A model generated the notes under the pieces. The model saw nothing but the letters and a program-made list of their open reading frames with translations. It searched no databases and had not been told where the DNA came from. DNA of 64,000 nucleotides from the human T2T-CHM13v2.0 reference genome, Homo sapiens. Positions 40,385 to 64,000 of the stretch are shown here, in pieces; within the stretch, counting starts at the first letter, position 1; the number at the start of each line of letters is the position of its first letter. The stretch lies in the NCBI RefSeq assembly GCF_009914755.1, contig NC_060935.1. One strand, written 5' to 3'. The position numbers and the translations under genes are program-made.

Positions 40385-40830
40385 TTGGAAGAAATAATGA
40401 AATCTATCCTTACTTTACAATCCCAAATAGACTCTTTGGCAGCAGTGACTCTCCAAAACCGCTGAGGCCTAGATCTCCTCACTGCTGAAAAAGGAGGACT
40501 CTGCACCTTCTTAGGGGAAGAGTGTTGTTTTTACACTAACCAGTCAGGGATAGCATGAGATGCCACCCAGCGTTTACAGGAAAAGGCTTCTGAAATCAGA
40601 CGCCTTTCAAATTCTTATACCAACCTCTGGAGTTGGGCAACATGGCTTCTCCCCTTTCTAGGTCCCGTGGCAGCCATCTTGCTGTTACTCGCCTTTGGGC
40701 CCTGTATTTTTAACCTTCTTGTCAAATTTGTTTCCTCTAGAATCGAGGCCATCAAGCTACAGATGGTCTTACAAATGGAACCCCAAATGAGTTCAACTAA
40801 CAACTTCTACCGAGGACCCCTGGACTGACC
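40385..40830 (+). pseudogene. env: HERV9 env TM remnant
   Basis: [39 protein letters not shown] and hydrophobic WLLPFLGPVAAILLLLAFGPCIF. Confidence 0.85.
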
Positions 40831-40972
40831 AGCTGGCACTTCCCCTGGCCTAGAGAGTTCCCCTCTGAAGGACACTACAACTGCAAAGCCCCTTCTTCGC
40901 CCCTATCCAGCAGGAAGTAGCTAGAGCAGTCATCGGCCAAATTCCCAACCGCAGTTGGGGTGTCCTGTTGAT

Positions 40973-41729
40973 TGAGGGGTGACAGCATGCTGGCAGTCCT
41001 CACAGCCCTCACTCGCTCGCTCACTCTCGGCACCTCCTCTGCCTGGGCTCCCACTTTGGCAGCACTTGAGGAGCCCTTCAGCTCTGTATCTAGCTACTCT
41101 GATGGGTCCTTGGAGAACCTTTATGTCTAGCTCAGGGATTGTAAATACACCAATCAGCACCCTGTGTCTAGCTCAGGGTTTGTGAATGCACCAATGGACA
41201 CTCTGTATCTAGCTACTCTGGTGGGGCCTTGGAGAACCTTTGTGTCAACACTCTGTATCTAACTAACCTGGTGGGGATGTGGAGAACCTTTGTGTCTAGC
41301 TCAGGGATTGTAAACGCACCAATCAGTGCCCTGTCAAACCACTCGGCTCTACCAATCAGCAGGATGTGGGTGGGGCCAGATAAGAGAATAAAAGCAGGCT
41401 GCCCGAGCCAGCAGTGGCAACCCGCTCAGGTCCCCTTCCACACTGTGGAAGCTTTGTTCTTTCGCTCTTTGCAATACATCTTGCTACTGCTCACTCTTTG
41501 GGTCCACACTGCTTTTATGAGCTGTAACACTCACCACAAAGGTCTGTAGCTTCACTCCTGAGCCAGCGAGACCACGAACTCACCAGAAGGAAGAAACTCC
41601 AAACACATCCGAACATCAGAAGAAACAAACTCCAGACGCACCACCTTAAGAGCTGTAACACTCACTGTGAGGGTCCATGGCTTCATTCTTGAAGTCAGTG
41701 AGACCAAGAACCCACCAATTCCGGACACA
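40973..41729 (+). mobile_element. 3' LTR12 (757 bp, internally deleted)
   Basis: tgaggggtgacagcatg...aattccggacaca; lacks the GC-rich U3 block and one U5 repeat present in the 5' LTR. Confidence 0.95.
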
Positions 41730-42632
41730 CAACCGGCCATGTGACAGGCTCAGGGAAGGACATGTGACTCAAGGCAGGCCAGTGAAGTGCAATTCTAGGT
41801 TAGACTGGCCGGGAAGGAGCGGCCGTGTTTTCTGTTGATGGATGCTGCTGCCCTCTCCTCAACCTCTCACGCTCTGCACTACAGACAACCTCCTTGGGGC
41901 TGAGGCCAGCACAGCGCAAAGCACAGCAAGAGGGGAGCCCGAGCCCCTGGATCCAGCCATCCTCCACGGCAAGCTCAGACCACCCGCTCCCTCAGCTCTT
42001 TCACAGAACCCTGGTCTACCTAGTTGATGTCTTATATAATTCCACTATTATCTGTGATTAATTAATGTGGAACCACATGATTATCTGTGTGACCTGGTCT
42101 GAGGTCTCCCCTAGACTGAGCACCCCCTCTGGACGGCAGGTGAGCATCTGACCGGTCCACAGCTGTGGCCCCCACACAGCAGCTGGCACACACAGGGGCT
42201 CTGCATGTTAGACTCCTGCAGTAACACCCAGGGGCATGGGTGCGCCTTACTCCTCTCTGGGATCCCGGAGCCCAGCACAGCGTCAGCCAGGCACAGCAGA
42301 GAGAACAGGAGGTGCAGGCTGAGACAGGGCAGTGCAGTGCCTAAGAGTCTGGGCTGTGGAGTCTGAGAGCTCTGGTTCCAATCCCAGCGTGGGGCCCTTA
42401 GGCAAGGTGTCTCTCCTCCCTGAAAGCAGTCTCACCAGCCAGAGACAGTGTTGGCCCTGCCTTATGGGCTGTTGTGAGGGTGAGATGAATTGACTCCAAG
42501 TACTTGGCACCCAGGAAGTGTCCATTGCTGTGGGGCATGGCGTGACTGGAAGGAGGAGCCCCAGCCAGCGACCTGGAGTGGTCTGCCCAAGGTCAAGGCC
42601 CCAGTACAGCAGAAGCAAGAGCTCTAGAGCTG

Positions 42633-44598
42633 TCAAAGACCTTTATTCAGTCCTGGAGTGGAGCTGGCCTGACAGGGTGAAGCCAGGGGCTGCTTAGGGC
42701 GGGCCAGACCCTCAGCCCCTGAGCAGGTCAGGCCGGCCAGGCGGGGCTGGTAGGTACCAGGTGCCAGCAGCTGCAGGGCAAACTCAGTGATGACAGCTGT
42801 GAGGCCCCAGACCCGGTGTGGTCCATGCAGGAAGACGGGTAGTGTGTAGCGGAAGTGGCCACCCCGGCAGAAGTGGGTATAGCCCTGATTCTGCGTCTGC
42901 AGCAGGTGGGCCAGCGGCAGTGCAAACACCTCATCTACCTGCAGGCAGGAGGCAGAGAGGGTAGACAGAGGACTGGAACAGCCCAACCCCCTCATATCCC
43001 CCAGCTCACCTCCTCCGAGTTGGGCCTGAGGCTCTGGGGATCCAGTGGGCCTACACCAGCAAGCACTGGCACCACGGTGGCCTTTTGCTGGGGAAGAGGG
43101 CAGGTGGTCAGGGAAGCATGGCCTTCGCTGGGTTTGAAGGCTGGGGAGGGGAGTGTGAGAGGAAGACCCCTTTGCCATGCATAGGCCTTTGGTAGTCATG
43201 TTCGGGTCCACCTGCCTGTGTCCTCCAGCCATGCTGACTGACTCAGGTCCCCTCAAATGCACTAGACCTGTTCCCTCTGCTTAGGACAATCTCCCACTTG
43301 GCATTCAAGCCTGGGTTCAATCCCTGCCTACCCCATGAAGCTTCCCTGACCCTAATCCACCAAACTGAGTGGAGCTGGCCCACCCCATCGCCCTGGGCCA
43401 CCTCTACTCAGGACACCAGAGCCTCCCCAATCCCTTCCCGAGGGGGTGTGTGGGGTGGTGCATGTGACCAGGCAGGTTAGGGGCACCCTTCCACACTTTG
43501 TGCCCGTGGGGGTCCATGACCACTCTCCTGGTCCCTGGTAGCCCAGCTCCAGGGCAGGCACAGAGTGAGTGAATGGGGTGGGGTGGCCTCAGCCAAGTGG
43601 CTTACCGGATCATACACAGGCCGCAGCAGGCCCCACACGTGCTCCTCGGGCACTGCCAGGCCCAGCTCCTCCCGGGTTTCCCGCAGGGCCGTGTGCACCA
43701 CATCTTGGTCAGCCGGGTCGCACTTGCCGCCTGGGAAACTAAACAGACACAAGGAGTCTGGTCCTTGGACTCTTGGGGCCACGGAGAGGTCGGGGTATCG
43801 GCAGTGCGGGGGGGGCCACTGGCCCACCGAAGTGTCGCCTGCCTCTGCCCCTAGTTTACTGGGAGGCCCCAGGCAAGCCATGCGACCTCTGGAGGCCAGT
43901 TTACCTCCCTGAGCAATGGGGATAAGGAAGAGAGGCCCGGGACAGCGCAGGATAAGAGGGTCTGCAGCAGGGGCAAGAAGATCCTGGGGCTCAGATACCC
44001 AAATTCGGCCTATGGTGGCCCCAGCAACACTGACATTGTCCTCAGGATGTTCTTAATTCCCGCCGGGCGGGGCCCGAACCTCTCCGTAGTCGCCGGCAGG
44101 GGGCGGCGTCCGCCCTCTAAGCGGGAAACAGCTCAAAGGGGTGTCCCGGCCCAGGCGTGCGCGCAAGGACGCGTACGAGGGGCCCACGCGGCGAGGACGT
44201 GGCGCCCCGGCAGGTGCACCGGGGCCGACGGACACGGATCGCTGACCTCTCGCTGCAGCCCTTGGGCGGAGGGACTCTCCCCAGACCCATTTTACGGAGG
44301 CGGAAACCGAGGCTCGAAGGGGCTAAGTGCCCTGCCAGAGGTCCCTGCCAGCCCCGGGCTCCTGTAGCCTCCGGCAAAGGGCGAGGAGTTCCCGGCCGCT
44401 GTACCTGACGTCGCCCTTGTGCCTCCCGGTCAGGCGGCTGGACCGCAGCGTGTACAGCAGCGCCGGGACCCCACGCACTGAGCAGAGCGGCACGAGCACC
44501 GCGGCCGACGCGGGCCGCGCGCGGAGCCGGGCCGTGGCCCCTGCCAGCAGCCGGCGGCAGCGCAGCTCGCCCTCGGCCGACAGGCAGTCGGGCAGCAT
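42633..44598 (-). CDS. NUDT8: Nudix hydrolase 8 (mitochondrial CoA diphosphatase), 236 aa
   Basis: Exons (-): 44598-44405, 43738-43606, 43087-43010, 42938-42633 (sum 711 nt). Nudix box GGKCDPADQDVVHTALRETREELG; CoA-type motif LLYTLRSSRLTGRHKGDVSFPGG. Confidence 0.98.
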
Positions 44599-45480
44599 GT
44601 CAAGTCCTGCGCGGCCGGGACACTGAGGGCGCGGGATCGGGCGAGGGAAGAGGCGGGGCGAGGCGGGGCGGGGCGCTCAGCCCGGGTCCCTCCGAAAGCT
44701 GAGAGGGAGAAGGGGCAGCCCGCGCGACGCGTCCCGCCTGGGGGGCTGCAGAGCGGCAGCGGCGTCGGGGGGCCTCAGTGGGGTGGGTCTGTTCGTGGGC
44801 GGGGCCTTCCCGGAGACGGGGCCTCGGTGGGACTGGGTCTGTTCGGGGGCGGGGCCTGTTTGAAGGCGGGTCCTCGGTGGGACAGGGTCCATTAGGGGGC
44901 GGGGCCTGTTTGAAGGCGGGGCCTCGGTGGGACGCGTTGAGTCCCCCGGATGGGAGGGACGGAGGGCGGCGGGGCGGGGCGGGGCGGGGCCTGCGCGGGA
45001 GCCGGACTCGGACGTTACTGCCAAAGGGCGGCGGGGCCTAGTAGGCAATCGAGGTTGGGGCGGGCTGGGGGCGGGGCCTGGACCGGAGCTTTTGCTACGA
45101 AGGACTGGGGGGCGTGGCCAGGAGGACTGTGCTTCCGGCAGGGCCGGGCCGTGGCCGGGGGTGTGGCCGCGGGGAGGGAGATGGGCGCGGAGCTGCAGGA
45201 CCTGCCGGTTGTGTTCTCCGAGATCCTGAAACCACGCGAACCGTGAAGCGCCCGGCGACCGTCCTCGGTCCCGTTGGGTCCTGGCGTTGGGGTGTCTGAT
45301 GAGGCCCCGCCGGCCCCCACTGGTCCGTCCCTCCCCTAGGGGCTCCAGGATGTACGGAGCCGGGATCCCACGGGGACGCCCCTCCAGGAACCCGAGGTCG
45401 ATCGGTGCGCGAGAGGAGCGTCCGGCCCAGCCCTCCCTCCGGTCCTCCCTCCCGATACCGCTGGGTGGCGCGCGCCGCCC
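44080..45480. promoter_or_regulatory. NUDT8 CpG-island promoter with many GC boxes
   Basis: Dense CpG and GGGGCGGGG clusters; ~50-bp tandem units at 44770-44935; CTCF-like CCGGCAGGGGGCG at 44093-44105. Confidence 0.85.
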
Positions 45481-46002
45481 CCAGTCTTGTCTTCCCCTCT
45501 GGCTCCGTCGGACTCCAGCCCCAGGCCTTTGACCTCCTTGTCCCAGCGTCCAGAGCTCTTCTCCCTTCCTGCCTTGAGTCTTGACCGGATTCCCAAATCC
45601 CTCCCCCTTTCCTACCTCGGCCCCTGTGGTCACTGACCACCGTGGTTCTGCGCCCTTCCACCAGACCCTGGGCTTGGGGACCAGATGACCCCAGCCTTGC
45701 GCACAGCATTTAAACGTGGGGTGGCGGGTGTCCGCCATGCTCTGCTGTGTGACGTTGAGCAGGTCCCGCGCCTCTCTGAGCGCCAGTTTCGATCCTCATC
45801 TGGGCAAGTGCAGCCCTGCCACTGGGCTGGAGTCACCACTTTTAATATTACTGTGTGCTCCCAGGGATGCGGACGGCACTGGGCAGAGCTTCGGGATGCC
45901 TACAGGGCTGATGTGGGGACTATGATGGGTCTGGGAGTTCCTGAGGCCCCCACCCACCCTGACCACGACGACAGAAGTGCTCTGACCACTCATGCCAAAT
46001 AG

Positions 46003-46008
46003 TTTAAT
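46003..46008 (-). terminator. TBX10: TBX10 polyadenylation signal (ATTAAA)
   Basis: tttaat on + about 280 nt past the stop codon. Confidence 0.7.
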
Positions 46009-46291
46009 GTTAGGGGGAAGGGAGAGGTAAGGCAGGGTTTTCGGGAGTTACCCCCAAAGCAAGAGGGCACAGTATTCTGGCTGCTGGGGTTGGGAGATAG
46101 AAGTCCTGGTTCCAAGCTTGCCATGGTCCCAGCCTTGCTGTGACCCTGGGCAGGTAGCCTCTTTCTCTAGACTTTCACCTACCCTGCTCTCCTTGAGACA
46201 GAGATGGGGCTGGAGGGGGCGGGGCAGAGGCTGATTCCCACACCCGGTGTAAGGTCCAGGGTAGCAGGGCTTCCCCCCAGGGCTTCTGGCA

Positions 46292-54160
<7,869 letters not shown>

Positions 54161-57100
54161 GGAGACAGAGAGGCTGTCCGGCTCCTGGAGAAACACTGCT
54201 TGGCTGGGGCTGGGAACCTGCCTGCTGGAAGGGGTGGTCACCACTCGTCCACTCGGCACCTCAGCTCAGCCCTCAGGTGCTCACACAAGCTGTAGTCTCT
54301 CGGCAGGACGGTCCTTGCCTCCTCGATCGCCCTTCGTCCACGTCCTGAGGTCGTGGTCTTCCCACTCGAGCTGGACCCCTGGTCTCCGAAGGTGAGATGC
54401 AGGCTCTGGGGCGTGCAGCGGCCCTTCTCCAAGCCACTCTCGGGCTGTGCTGTCCAAGGCTGTGCGGGAGGAGGGCAGGTGGGAAGGTTCTGACGTTGCA
54501 GAGCCCCCCTTCCTCCCTCCTTGTCCTCCCTCTTCAAGTTCCTCCCTTCCCCAGCTAAGAGCCCCCCAGCCATTCCTGATCGATGGGCCCAGGCGTGGCA
54601 GGGGTGAGGGGGTGGGAGAGTGGTTCTTGAGGACGGCTGGGCATCTGCAGGGGTCCAGGCCTGGCTGACTGGAGGGGCTGGGGCCCCGGGGGTTGGGAGG
54701 CACAGTGGGAGCAGCAGATTGCGGGCTGAATGGCGGAGGAGGTGCCCTCCCACCAAGACCCAGACCCCTGACCTGAGGCTGGCCCCAGCCGGCCGGCAGA
54801 TGCGCAATTGTCAGGAGCAGTGTGAGCAGGAAACGCAAGGGGGCAGCAGCAACGAGTGCAGTCAGCATAGAGCCCCAGACTGGGTGGCGGGAAGCCCAGG
54901 TCCTGTGGCACGTGAACCCACACGCACAGACACATGGATGAACTCAGGGAGCTGCGCAACGCTGGCAGGTCCCACAGTCTCCGTGCCTCAGCCTCCCCAG
55001 TTAACCTAAGCACATAATCTCTTCCGCCTGTGATGGTCTAGCCCAGCCTGGAGAGCGGTAAGCCCATCCCGCCTGGAACTGGGGGCACTGCCCTGGCTGA
55101 TGGTGTCCACGGAATCCCCATCTGGACATGAGTGGAAACGGTGAGGCTGGCCCAGGTGAGAAGTGGGCGTCCGCTCTGCCTGTGGGTCTGTCTGTTCTCT
55201 CTGGCCTGACCGGGCACCCTCTCCAGGTTGTCTACAGCCTGTGCTGGGCATTCAGGGGACACATGGATCACTCTGCAGGGAGGCAGAACCTGGAGGTCCC
55301 CCTGAGAGGCTGCCAGTTCCTTGGTTGAGAGTGCTCGCTGGCCTTTTGACTCTTGCTGAATGGCACAGAGTGGGTCGTCTGGCTGGAGCCCCCCATACCT
55401 CCTCCAGAATCCTGTCTTGGGGATGCTGGGTTGGCAGTGGCCTTGATTCCTAAGAGGGGGCATGGAGGGGCTGGGGGGCGGCAGGGCTGCTTCTCCCTGA
55501 GCGCTATGTTCTGGGCGCAGCTGCAGCTCAGGGATGCCTGTGGCTCAATCCCTTGTGTCTCACATCTCAGCCTGCAGAGCTGGATGGGACCCCACACAAA
55601 GACGGTGGGCTGGCTCTGGGGGATGTAAAAGGAGGAGGGCCGGCCCCTGGCCCAACCCCATGCCCGGCTGTGTGAGAAAAGGCTGCCAGCACTTTGGAGT
55701 TGCTGCCAGGCAAGATGGGAGTGCTCTGTGTGAGTTGGAGGGTCCCAGCAGCCCCTTGAGGCTATACAACAAGGTGTAGTCATCTGCCCTGGCCATGGCA
55801 TGGTGGGTGGGAAGTGGGGAGATGATGGAGGGAGTTGGGGGATCCATTCCAGTACTGGTGGCTCCCCTTCACCGAGACACCCAGGGGAGGGCCAGGCTGG
55901 GATTGTAGTGGCCCCTGATACGTGTGTGTGTGCGATTTTGATCTGTGTGATGGGAAACAACCCCCCTCCCACACACACACACGAGCACACTGACATGCTA
56001 ACCCACACGCACGCAGACACACGGATGAACTCAGAGCCTGCTGACTCGCCACATGGCGCACACACGTACAGCTTCTGTGCACATGGACTTACCACACAGC
56101 ACGCGCACAGACACAGGCAGGCCTCCCTGCACACCCCTCCCCGGCTGGCCCGCCCGCCCTGCCTGCCCGAGGCGCCTGCTGGCCCCCTGCCCCCTCATCC
56201 ATCTTGCCTGCCAGCCTGTCCCTGGTGCCCCCGTATCCTTCACACCTTCTCATATCACTGCTCAATACCAGGAGGTGGCGTGGCAGCCGTGGCCGCAGGG
56301 AAATGGATGGGCAGGGTGGGGGTGTAGAGGGCTGGGGGAGTGGCACTGCGAGGGGACTCTGGACTCCAGCAGCCCCAGATGTCCAACAAGAGTCCATTAG
56401 GCTCAGGCAGGTGCGGGCAGTGAGGCTGCAGCCAGGTCGCATATAGCCCTGCCTATTTGTCCTGCCATGACACCCTGAAGGGTGCCAGCATCAGGACAGA
56501 GGGGCCCTCAGCAGTGGGCCTCATGCCGGCTCGCCTGACATCAGTGCGCGGTGTCCTGGGGATGGCGGAAATGGTGGCTTCCCAATTAGAGCTGGGAAGT
56601 CCCTGTGCCCCAACCCAAGCCACCTCCTCCCTGCATCTCTGCAGTTGGACAGGCTGTCCTGCATGGGGACAGCCTTGTCCTGCTGTGGCCCTTCCCCCAG
56701 CCCTGACTCCCTGCTTGAGCCACTATGGGCACCGGGCTCATTACACACTTAAAAATGCACATCTGGCCACATAGAGATCCCCTTAGAACGCCCAAGGAAC
56801 TGAGGCTCTTGGAAACACGTGTGTGTGGGAAACGCACAGACACGCACGCCAAAGAGCATCCAGGGCAGGCGCCATGCACGGACAAACACACATGTGTGCA
56901 CAGACATGGGCCTGTCTCTGCGCTCCCCACACTCACTGTCTGGCCCCAGGACTATAGGAGGGTTGGGGGGTCCCCCTCTGGGTTGTAGCCTCCTCTGGAA
57001 GCCCCTCCGCTGGATCCAGAGCAATCCTTCTTCAGGTTCTCCTCCCACACTCTGGAATCCTCCCCCAGGCATGGATGGACAGCTGTGGGCACAGAGGCAG

Positions 57101-57411
57101 CCACCACTGGCCCCAAGACACTTGCAGGTCCAAGGCTGCACTGGCCAGACCTCCCCCAGATCCTGTGGTCAACCTCCCTTCCTCCATCCACTTCCCCAGC
57201 CAGAGAGGAGCCGTGCAGGACAGAGGACACAAACCATGGACCTCTGGACATCTTCCATTTTATAGAAAGGGAAATTGAGGCCAGGGGTTGGGGAGGCCTG
57301 GCAAGGAACATGGTGCATGGTAGGTGGCAGAAGGGACCTCTGTGCTCAGAGCTGTGCCTCAGGACCCATCGTTCAGATGGGAAGACTGAGGTTGGGGAGG
57401 TGTGTCTTGGG

Positions 57412-61733
<4,322 letters not shown>

Positions 61734-62205
61734 GCTGGTGTGGGGTGCAGAACCTGGGGGTGGGCATACTTAGGAGACCCTGGCCCCGATGCAAGGGATC
61801 TGGGCTCAGAGCAAGGATGGCGGTGGGAGGCTCCACAGGGCAGCCACCTGTCAAGAGGTGTGGCCGGCTGGGAGTGTCTCAGCTGTGTCCCACCTGCACC
61901 CCCAGTGGCCCTTTCTCTGAGGAGACAATTTTCCTGCTCCTTTGGAGAAAAGAAGTTTCTTTTTCCTAAATTGAGAAGAGGGGCCCAACTGTTCAGGAAG
62001 ATGGGTTCACCAAGGCACACTCCCTATAGGAAGAGGACTGCGCTCCCTTTTATAGACAGGGAAACTGAGGCACAGCGTGGGGAGTGGAAAGTGTCACCAG
62101 AGTTAGCTGTGGAGTGTCTGGGTTCTAGGCAACAGCCTCGCCTTCCTGCCCCTCCTGCTTGCTCCTCCCAGCTGGTGCAGGGGTCTCAGGTCAGGGGGTA
62201 CTTAC

Positions 62206-62279
62206 CGCTGATGCGGATCTGGGCTTCCCGGGCCACCAGGACTGGCGTCTAACTCGCAGACAGGCTGGTATTTATGGGC
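62206..62279 (-). other. ACY3: Probable ACY3 non-coding 5' UTR exon
   Basis: ccag|gcccataaatacc...cagcg|gtaagt (strong donor); next acceptor at 61753, 20 nt before the ATG. Confidence 0.65.
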
Positions 62280-62904
62280 CTGGAGATCCACAGATGGGAA
62301 GTTTTGTGGCAAGCTGGCAGACAGCAGGGGGTGGGTGGGACGGGCTGAGGTTCACGCAGCCAAAGGTCGGAGTGCTGGGGTCTGCTCCACTGCTCCTGCC
62401 CCGCCCGCCCCACGCTGCTACTTGTGCTGCCACGGCCCAACGAGTCCAGGTCCTGCGGGCAAGTTCCTGCCCCTGCCCTTCGTCCTTCTGCTGGGCCCCA
62501 GAGGGGCCACCTTCCTTAACACTACTAAGAGGTACACCCGCAGTGGGGTGGTGACTTGGTTTTGGTCACCACCAGAGCAGGCTATTGAAAGTTACTATAG
62601 AGGTGTCACCTTGATGGCCACCAAGATGACAAGCTGCCCCTCCTTCACCACCTCGGCAACATGCCTCTGTCCTTGCAGCCCGGAGAGGGCTGTGGTCACT
62701 CCTGAGTCGCCCTTACCCAAAGGTGCCATGTGGAGCCCCAGTTTTACAGCTCTTTGTTGCTTTAAGCAAAATTTTAAAATGTTTGATCCGGGATTTCAGT
62801 CATTTTCAAGGACAGTGTAACTCAGATGACTCGGTTTGCCCTGTTTTGGGAACAACCCTCAGGCTCATTTTATAGATGTGAAAACTGAGGCTCAGAAAAT
62901 TGTC

Positions 62905-63042
62905 TGCAGGCACACAAGCCCTAGAGGCAGGCTGCAGGTGGCCCACAGAACCCTAGGGGCAGACTGTTCAGCGGCACACAGAGCCCTAGAGGCGGGCTGC
63001 AGGTGGCGCACAGAGCCCTAGAGGCGGGCTGTAGGTGGCACT
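62905..63042. repeat. ~32-bp minisatellite, ~4 copies
   Basis: Unit ~gcacagagccctagaggcgggctgcaggtgg. Confidence 0.8.
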
Positions 63043-64000
63043 CAGTGCGTCCAATGTGGCTCCATCCCCTCCTGCTGCCTCTCAAGAGCAAAGTGGGGAA
63101 GGATGAAGGTGAGGTCCCCTGCACTCAGCCCTGGGGCCTCTACCTCCCACCAGGCTCAGCTGTCTGCTGGGAGGAGCTGAGGCCAGTTCCGAAGTCACTG
63201 GGGAGTGAGGCAAGCTGCTCCGCCAGGGCCTGCTGGATGCCAGGTGCTGGGACCCTGAGCTGGAGCCTCCCCCAGGCATCGATCCTGGGCCTTCTTTACC
63301 ACCACACTGGGTCTCCCCGGGCCAGTCCAGCCCTGCTCCAGATGCCAGGCCCACCAGCCTGGGGGGCTCTGGGTGGCCAGGACCCTCTAAGTTACACCCT
63401 CTCGGAAGCTGCCCCAGATCACACTCAGCTCTGTGTGGCCTGGGCTCTCCTGCCCTCCACACCCAAGGCTTCGTGAGCTCAGAGCATGGCGATTGTGGGG
63501 ACAGGGGATTTGTCATCCTGGCTCCCATCAGGGCAGCTGGGATCTTGACAGGGTGTCAAGAGGGGTGGATGGAGTGTGAGGCTGAGCCCCCAGTGGGCCG
63601 GGGCTCCCTATGAGCCCCCTCCAGGGGCCACTCCTCCTGGCACCTGGAGCCTCAGCAAAGGGAGGGCAGAGACTGCCATTAGGGGGCCATGCCATGCCAT
63701 CAACTCCTGTATCCGGCCCAGCCCTGGGGGCAGCTGTCACCGGCTCCATTTTGCAGGTGTGGACTGAAGCTCTAGGGGTTGGGTGACTTGACTGAGTCCT
63801 TGGCAGGTGGTGGGAGAGGGAGTCAGCAGAGGAGCCTGTCGGCCTGGGTCTGTTCCTTCCTTGCTTGGGGTAGGGGTCTCAGGGACCCCCATGCTGCTTT
63901 ATGAGTCCCAGGCCATGGTCTTTGTTGGAAGGCCCCCCCAACCCCCACAGAGGCTGGGATCCTGCTGACTCGGTGTGGTACCTCTCAGGAAGGAAGGGCC

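Larger units (their letters stand above)
33538..41729 (+). mobile_element. HERV9 (ERV9/LTR12) provirus, defective: LTR-PBS-gag-pro-pol(RT, RNase H)-deletion-env TM remnant-LTR
   Basis: TSD CAAC (33534-33537, 41730-41733); TG...CA LTRs; tRNA-Arg PBS; DTG protease motif, LPQG and YVDD RT motifs; [17 protein letters not shown] immunosuppressive domain. Confidence 0.96.

Noticed and set aside
44677-45738. 353-aa minus-strand ORF upstream of NUDT8
   Set aside because: Low-complexity Pro/Arg/Gly sequence from a stop-poor CpG island, with no recognisable domain.
55268-56134. 288-aa Cys-rich ORF between TBX10 and ACY3
   Set aside because: The Cys/Val richness comes from degenerate (TG)n sequence, and the ORF has a non-ATG start.

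Overview
Human genomic DNA. From gene content and order I recognise it as chr11q13.2: 3' end of GSTP1 (+), an ~18 kb repeat-dense intergenic block, the C11orf72/NDUFV1-DT ORF (-), NDUFV1 (+, 10 exons, 464 aa), the unitary pseudogene DOC2GP (-), an ~8.2 kb HERV9/LTR12 provirus (+), NUDT8 (-, 236 aa), TBX10 (-, 385 aa) and ACY3 (-, 319 aa; first non-coding exon probably outside the window). Exon boundaries were reconstructed by hand from GT/AG sites, and the lengths sum to intact frames. Repeat subfamily names come from memory of consensus sequences and need RepeatMasker/Dfam confirmation. This is a well-studied locus and I do not see a convincingly new biological system. The best leads are: (i) an SVA carrying a 3' transduction inside an 11-bp TSD; (ii) DOC2GP, which keeps all splice sites, has one frameshift, and has a downstream in-frame ATG giving a 209-aa ORF with a complete C2B domain; (iii) an L2-derived ORF ending exactly at an LTR5_Hs solo LTR that could supply its polyA signal; (iv) a HERV9 with very unequal LTRs and a 322-codon gag ORF behind a splice acceptor; (v) a NUDT8 polyA signal inside the coding sequence; (vi) an ACY3 splice donor that is the start of a (GT)n microsatellite. 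Most ORFs in the supplied six-frame track are spurious.
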